A stretch of DNA of 40,546 nt from Macrostomum lignano. Its lineage: Eukaryota. Positions 35,007 to 40,546 of the stretch are shown piece after piece. The notes under the pieces were generated by a model. That model was not told the origin of the DNA. It saw only the letters and a list, made by a program, of their open reading frames with translations, and did no database searches. The stretch is from NCBI GenBank assembly GCA_002269645.1, contig NIVC01000904.1, forward strand, positions 1-40,546, written 5' to 3'. Position numbers and translations under genes: made by a program. Positions within the stretch are counted from its first letter, which is position 1, and every line of letters starts with the position of its first letter.

Positions 35007-35674
35007 ATGAGTCAATTTATGGACGTTGATGGAGAGTTAGCGATTTATAAAGAGAAGCAAAGATATTCTGATTTTGTTAGAAATTTACAAAAAAGAAAGT
35101 TAGGAATACAATTAGCTGGCGAAAGATTTGCTGCTCCTTTTGTTAATCCTATTACTGGGAAAATTAGTGAACTAGAAAAAACAGATAAAGATCTTCTGGA
35201 AAAAATTGCTAAAAATACTGAGCCAAAAGAGGATGAAATTTTGGATGAGCCGCCTGCTTATGATGTTGATCAAGCACAATTGAGAGTTTAGAGATTAGGG
35301 CTGAAGAGATTAGGGGTGGAGTTGATCGGAACAATTTCCAAGAGTACCACCTAGTATTGCTGTACAGATTTAGGTAATAATAATTATCGAATTGGTAACG
35401 TTGATAAAGATCGAAATGAACTATATACAGAATTGGGTGGAGCATATAATATTATTATGAACCCTAGGGTAAAATTTAACCCGATTTATATACTAGGATG
35501 AATTAGTAAGTGCTAAATTTTTTATGATGAGTTAGGAGGAGCTGTTAAAAATACCAGCTTGTATAAATGGATTGTTAATTCTATAAATAACAAACCAGCT
35601 GTTGGTGATGGATTTAAAACCCGCGAAAACTTGTTTTAGCTGCTGCGAAAGCTGCTGGACATACAGGTGTTTAA
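35007..35674 (+). CDS. Conserved Polinton protein (PZ-like), several frameshifts
   Basis: N-terminal RFAAPFVNPITGK; C-terminal GDGF..LAAAKAAGHTGV parallels element 1 GKG..LLGAAKTG. Head-to-head with MCP. Confidence 0.55.
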
Positions 35675-35697
35675 TTGTTAAATTTATTTTTTATAAA

Positions 35698-36201
35698 ATG
35701 GATAATACGATAAAAGATTGTCTTTGTAAACCTATTTATGATAAGGCTGGTTCTGACAGAATACTAAATAAGATATTTCAAGATGAATTAATAATTGCAA
35801 ACCGTATTAAAACAATTCAAATGAGACTTGGATATCTTTATGAATTATTAGCTATTAAACATTTTGGTTTTGAAAAAGTAAATAAAATTGATTTAATTCA
35901 TACAGAAAGAAAAGTTGCGTTAGAGTTAAAATCTTCTGATAACACAGATAATTCATCAAGTCGATTTAGAAATATTCAAAAGTTATTAGAATTTAAATAT
36001 GTTAATCCCGAATTTGATTTATATTATATTTGCATTAATAATACTACTAAAAACCCCGTACAAAAAGTATTTGATAATGGAGTTACCTTGTTAACTGGGG
36101 AATTTGCTTTAAATTTTTTATATGGTGATCAATATTTAGAAATTATTAAATTGATAGAAACATGTTTTTTAAACATTAAAAATGAACCAACTTGTGTTTG
36201 A
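35698..36201 (+). CDS. PD-(D/E)xK endonuclease, Eco47II/giant-virus restriction-endonuclease-like (167 aa)
   Basis: QMRLGYLYE..IDL-x8-LELKSSDNTDNSSS..NIQKL motif; intact ORF, ATG at 35698; the stop overlaps the PLA2 start. Confidence 0.75.
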   Translation: MDNTIKDCLCKPIYDKAGSDRILNKIFQDELIIANRIKTIQMRLGYLYELLAIKHFGFEKVNKIDLIHTERKVALELKSSDNTDNSSSRFRNIQKLLEFKYVNPEFDLYYICINNTTKNPVQKVFDNGVTLLTGEFALNFLYGDQYLEIIKLIETCFLNIKNEPTCV

Positions 36202-36307
36202 TGGAGGATTGTTAGATGTTCAAAAAGGATTAACAAGCTTACCACCAATCTTTACTACTGGGAGGTATACAAATGAATTACACATCCCATCTTACAACTT
36301 CGCGGGT
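36182..36307 (+). CDS. Exon 1 of PLA2-integrase gene (42 codons, ends LHIPSYNFAG)
   Basis: Open frame from ATG 36182 to GGT 36307 encoding the first half of the parvoviral PLA2 Ca-loop; DGG-LL protease-type site. Confidence 0.85.
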
Positions 36308-36632
36308 GGAGCTCGAGCTGTGCCCGAGTGGTAGATGCAAAGCTACTGCTAGTCACTATTAGTGGCAACACCAGCCGCTCACTCAATCCCCTAAAGCTTC
36401 AAGTACCACTTTGTTTTCGAAAGATTACAAAGGAACAGAGGTAACTCCTCTTCCCAACGGTAACAAGCTTGAAGATAAATATATGGGCAAGAGTGAATCG
36501 AAAACCTAACCTCATATGACTTGAGTATGGTTGAGATGCAACGACTGTACGCTGGTGGGCTTGAAGGACTTAGTCAATCCTTATGATAGCTTAAGACACA
36601 GTCTACTCCTTTGTGAAAGCAAAGGTATAAAG
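36308..36632 (+). ncRNA. Group I self-splicing intron (IC1-like, ORF-less, 325 nt)
   Basis: P1 exon CGGGU/IGS GCCCG (36322-26) with U.G at the 5' splice site; P3 CACCAGC 36369-75/GCTGGTG 36551-57; P4 TCACTC 36379-84/GAGTGA 36491-96; P5a CTTCAAG/CTTGAAG with GGTAACAAG A-rich bulge; P5b GAAA and P5c GTAA loops; J6/7 GCA; P7 A(C)GACTGT 36541-48/ACAGTCT 36598-604; J8/7 TAAGAC; P9 CCTTTGT-GAAA-GCAAAGG; terminal G at 36632 or 36633. Confidence 0.92.
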
Positions 36633-37783
36633 GCCGGGTTGACTCGACTCGATCTCCGATTAAATCCTGACAATACTCCAAAATCTGATTCAATTCCAAT
36701 AAATGGGATTGATTGGTTAGCATACTATCACGACTTAGCATATAGAGATGCTGACAAGAACCCGCCCGAGGAAGCATTAAGATTAAAACATGAAGCCGAT
36801 CAAAAAATGATTCAAGGATTAGATAACTTGCAGGGATTATCGGTAGGGCAAAGATTAACTAGGTGGATGGTTAAAAAGATTTTGCAGTCTAAAGTTAAAT
36901 TTGGTTTGGGAATTAATTATAATCAACATGGAAATAATTGTGTCGAGTGTTTATTATTAAGTGGTGGTGGGTTAAGTTCTGATGAGGCAAAGATTCTTCA
37001 TAAAGAATATCGAAAACCTAAATTTTATAGAAAAATCATGAACTTCAAAAAGAATGAAATTTGGTATGCTGATTTAATGTCGATGCCGAACGAAAGAGGA
37101 TATAAATATATCTTAACCATATTAGATGGTTTTACTCGATACGCGTGGGCTGTTCCTTTAAAATCCAAAAAGGGAGAGGAGGTTGCTGCTGCTTTTAGAA
37201 GTCTTGGAGAAAAAAGCGAAAGATTGTGTGTTGATGAAGGAAAAGAATTTTACAATCCTCATATGTATAAATTGTATCATTTTGAAAAAGGAAAAGAAAG
37301 GAAAAAAGACGCGAATGGGGAGTATATTAATAAAATTTATTCTATTTATGGAGAGAGTAAAAACGCATTAATAGAAAGATTTAATCGAACTTTAGGTAAG
37401 AAATTATGGTTTCAGTTTAGTCTTAATGGTAACCAAAAGTGGGTAAAAATATTACCAGACGTAGTGAAAGATTATAACAATTCATATCATTCAGCTATAA
37501 AGATGACTCCTCAACAAGCTTATAACAATCCTGAAAAGTTAAAGTTACTTTTGGAAAATTTGAAAAAAATAAAAAGAAATCTTTTAAGGTTGGTGATTCT
37601 GTTTATATCTATAAATGGAAAGATAAGTTTGAAAAAGGAAGAAAAGGATATTGGAAGATAAGTGAGAAATTTACTATCAGTAAAGTTTTAAATACCAATC
37701 CTACAACCTATATAATTGCTGATAAGGACGGTGAAGAAATATTGGGTTCTTTTTATGAGAACCAGATAATGTCTGCGAACTAA
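36633..37783 (+). CDS. int: Exon 2 of PLA2-integrase fusion (PLA2 catalytic half plus rve integrase; frameshift at about 37570)
   Basis: INGIDWLAYYHDLAY...KVKFGLG (PLA2), LSGGG linker, then WYADL / CVDEGKEF / LIERFNRTL (DDE). C-terminal KVGDSV..FEKG..GSFYENQI lies in another frame. Confidence 0.92.
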
Positions 37784-37793
37784 GTTCAAACAG

Positions 37794-37961
37794 TTACTTA
37801 AGACAACATGGTAGTAAATTTTTTATTACAAACAAAAACAATATTATTACTATAATTGTTACTAATATTATTATTGACATTTGTTCAACTGTTATCAAAC
37901 TTAAATTTTCATTAAGTTCATTAATTGGAACATTTCCGATGTAGGAATAGTTTACCTTCAT
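37794..37961 (-). CDS. Small single-pass membrane protein (55 aa)
   Basis: IIILVTIIVIILFLFVI followed by KNLLPCCLK; AAAAAAATG context. Confidence 0.5.
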   Translation of the reverse strand: MKVNYSYIGNVPINELNENLSLITVEQMSIIILVTIIVIILFLFVIKNLLPCCLK

Positions 37962-38034
37962 TTTTTTATATATATTTTTCACAATAAATGTCGTTTCTGT
38001 TATAGAATAATAGTTCATTTTTTAAATATTTTTT

Positions 38035-38349
38035 TCACATAAAAATTTCACTTTCATTCTCTGAATCACTGGTTTCATATGAACTATTTGTTGATTCGGA
38101 ATCTGTTGATCTAACCTCCCAATCATCCGAATTTAAATAATCTCCAAGTTGAAATATTAACTCACCCTCTTGTTCTAAATCATACATCTCATCTAGCTCT
38201 AATGGATAAAGTTTTAGGTCGTGCTTGTCGTCATATTTTAAATAAACTTCATCAATTATTCCATTCAAAATATGTTGTTTTATTATCTCTGCATTTTTAG
38301 CAACAGTCTCAAAAGTATCACTAACAGAAAAGGTGTAAACTCGGGTCAT
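38035..38349 (-). CDS. Small acidic hypothetical protein (104 aa)
   Basis: First ORF inside the right TIR; AAAAATG context; Ser/Glu-rich tail. Confidence 0.55.
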   Translation of the reverse strand: MTRVYTFSVSDTFETVAKNAEIIKQHILNGIIDEVYLKYDDKHDLKLYPLELDEMYDLEQEGELIFQLGDYLNSDDWEVRSTDSESTNSSYETSDSENESEIFM

Positions 38350-38366
38350 TTTTAGTAACAGAAAAA

Positions 38367-38674
38367 GACCCTTCGCGCCTGCGGCGCGGGCAAGGGGTTA
38401 TAGAGTAGTAGTATAGAAAAAGACGCTTCTAGACCAGAGCACTTTTTTAATTACCGTTTTTAAGGTCTTAAGAGGGGGGACGCGAGGGGAGTATTGGGGA
38501 GTGTTTGGAAGTGTTGGGATTGATTTTTATTGTTAGGGGTGATTATGGGTGATTGGATGTGTTAAGGGTGATTAGATGTGTTTTTTTATTTACCCCCCGT
38601 GTCCCCCCTCTAGACCCTTAAAACGGTAATTAAAAAAGTGCTCTGGGTCTAGAAGCGTCTTTTTCTATACTACT
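38367..38674 (-). repeat. Right TIR of element 2
   Basis: Ends ...TTTTTCTATACTACT; reverse complement of 20939-21246. Confidence 0.95.
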
Positions 38675-38675
38675 G

Positions 38676-38752
38676 CTGTCTGTCTTAGTGGCTGTCTGTC
38701 TTAGTGGCTGTCTGTCTGTCTTAGTGTCCGTCTGTCTGTCTTAGTGTATGTG

Positions 38753-38785
<33 letters not shown>

Positions 38786-38865
38786 TGTCTGTGTGTCTTT
38801 TTTCTGTCTGTCTGTCTGCCTGTCTTAGTGTATGTGTGTCTGTCTGTGTGTCTTGTCTGTGTGTC
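38676..38865. repeat. (TGTC)n-rich simple repeat
   Basis: Directly visible. Confidence 0.9.
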
Positions 38866-39200
38866 TTTTTTTCTTAGACGCAGGGGCTGTGTACACCCCG
38901 GCGCAATTTAGGCGACATTGTCACACAACCGGCGAGAGGCATTACTGCCCATTCCACAGACTCGTACGCAGTCATATGCACAGGCACACACTCACACAGG
39001 AGTGTACAGCGGCCCCAACTTTATTTATCGTTATTCATGTACACTTCACTGTGCTTTGGGGATTTGGCCTCAAGGCCGTTAATTTCACGAGAAAAACCCA
39101 AGTCGAGGTTCCAATTTAGCCCCAAATTAATGTGACTGCACTTGAAATCTAGCCTGGGCAGCTGGCACATCAGAGCGCCGCGCTAGACCGCTGGCTCCCC
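38866..39200 (-). mobile_element. tRNA-derived SINE, same family as 19935-20291 (more diverged)
   Basis: Reverse complement shares AAGTGCAGTCACATTAATTTGGGG, AGTGAAGTGTACATG, GGGCCGCTGTACA and CCTGTGTGAGTGTGTGCCTG. Confidence 0.85.
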
Positions 39201-39325
39201 TTAAACTGTGTGTCTGTCCTCCTGTTTGTATGCCTGTTTGTCTGTCGGACTGTTTATTTCATTTTGCTTTTTATTTTTTCTTTCTCATTATCTAAACTCG
39301 CGCCCCAACTGCACTACTCACTCAG

Positions 39326-40066
39326 GCGAGTAGCCAGCGTGGAGCAGGACTGGCTAACCGGTTTTCAGCTAAGCCAGACAGCGGCCTGCCAGTGCCAGCA
39401 GGAGGAGGACGCCCTGCTAGCCGGTCACCTGCGCCTGCTGGCAGCGGCCTGGCAGGCGGATCCGCCCGACCCTTCGGCCGGCGAGCGGCTGCTGCCTCAG
39501 CTGATTGGCGCCTTCCTGATGCCGGCCGACTCGCACTGCCGTGCCGGGCCACTGTCCCGGCCAGCCATCTACGACCTGCTATTGCAGCTGTGCGCCAGCA
39601 ATTGCCGATGCCTTCGAGCGCTTAGCTTGGCCCTGCGGCCGCTGCACCGAATCCACGGCTGGGAGGTGCCGGCGCCGCCCGAACCGCGCGGTCAATGCGG
39701 TTTAGTTGGCCTAAAAAATGGCGGTGCCACCTGCTATATGAATTCGGTGCTGCAACAGCTGTTTATGGTGCCAGGCCTGGCAGCTGCTGTACTGTCAACG
39801 CCGGATCCTACTGCGACTGCTGGCGACGAGCAGAACACTGCGACGGCGGCAACGACTGTCGCTACCGCCGCCTCTGGCAGCTCCGTTGACGGCGGAGGCA
39901 GCAGCGAGTCGGGCGACGGTGCCTCTACCAGCTGCAGCTGGTGCTGGCGCACCTGTTGGAGCTGCAGCAGCAGTACTACGTGCCAGATCAATTGTGGGCC
40001 AATTTCTCACTGTGGGGCGAGAAAGTCAATCCGAGAGAGCAGCAGGACGCGTTCGCGTTCTTTCAG
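39326..40066 (+). CDS. Host internal exon of a USP9X/USP24 (FAF-family) deubiquitinase; one frameshift at about 39900
   Basis: Cys box GLVGLKNGGATCYMNSVLQQLFM and QYYVPDQLW..FSLWGEKVNPREQQDAFAFF; acceptor CTCAG at 39325, donor CAG/GT at 40066. Confidence 0.88.
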
Positions 40067-40105
40067 GTATATCCTTGCGAATCGCCTTTAAATATGCTGC
40101 ACCTA

Positions 40106-40546
40106 CATAGCCCCACAAGAATCGCCTCCATAGCCCCACAAGAATTGCCTCCATAGCCCTACAGAATCGCCTCCATAGCCCCACAAGAATCGCCTCCATA
40201 GCCCCACAAGAATCGCCTCCATAGCCCCACAAGAATCGCCTCCATAGCCCCACAAGAATCGCCTCCATAGCCCCACAAGAATCGCCCTCCATAGCCCCAC
40301 AAGAATCGCCTCCATAGCCCCACAAGAATCGCCTCCATAGCCCCACAAGAATCGCCTCCATAGCCCCACAAGAATCACCTCCATAGCCCACAAGAATCGC
40401 CCTCCATAGCCCACAAGAATCGCCTCCATAGCCCCACAAGAATCGCCTCCATAGCCCCACAAGAATCGCCTCCATAGCCCACAAGAATGCCCCATAGCCC
40501 CACAAGAATCGCCTCCATAGCCCCACAAGAATCGCCTCCATAGCCC
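40106..40546. repeat. 23-bp minisatellite (ATAGCCCCACAAGAATCGCCTCC)n
   Basis: Directly visible; runs off the window. Confidence 0.97.

Larger units (their letters stand above)
20939..38674. mobile_element. Polinton/Maverick (adintovirus-like) element 2, full length (about 17.7 kb)
   Basis: AGTAGT...ACTACT termini with about 308-bp TIRs; pPolB, integrase, ATPase, adenain, MCP, penton, PLA2, pX-like and fibre genes. No 6-bp TSD (CACATA vs GCTGTC). Confidence 0.97.

Noticed and set aside
36531-36632. N-terminal part (MRCNDCT...) of the listed 376-aa ORF
   Set aside because: It starts at TTG inside the intron and reads through P7-P9; the real N-terminus is exon 1 at 36182.
39210-39325. 5' part of the 293-aa ORF as coding
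   Set aside because: Pyrimidine-rich intron sequence upstream of the CTCAG acceptor.
39326-40066. Functional link between the host USP deubiquitinase and the viral vOTU domains
   Set aside because: Different protease families; adjacency is the only evidence.
40026-40541. MEAILVGLWRRFLWGYGG repeat ORFs
   Set aside because: Artefact of a 23-bp minisatellite.

Overview
Animal (invertebrate-like) nuclear DNA, mostly two different Polinton/Maverick (adintovirus-like) elements lying between host sequences. Element 1 (about 4240-18563) starts with an AGTAGT terminus and carries PLA2, rve integrase, pX-like protein, protein-primed PolB, adenain protease, packaging ATPase and major capsid genes; it is truncated on the right. 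Element 2 (20939-38674) is more AT-rich, has about 308-bp TIRs at both ends and a full virion/replication gene set including penton, major capsid and a long modular fibre. The main finding is a 325-nt ORF-less group I self-splicing intron (IC1-like; P1-P9 foldable by eye, including the guanosine-binding P7) inserted in the Ca-binding loop of the PLA2-integrase gene of element 2. A free-standing PD-(D/E)xK (Eco47II-like) endonuclease gene ends about 110 nt upstream of the insertion site, suggesting a collaborative-homing intron/endonuclease pair in an animal endogenous virus. Host features are a minus-strand LamG/ConA-like exon, a USP9X/USP24-family exon, two copies of a tRNA-derived SINE and several minisatellites. 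Frameshifts are frequent in viral and host exons alike and those inspected are mostly short indels, so many are probably assembly errors. Family assignments come from motif recognition, not database searches.
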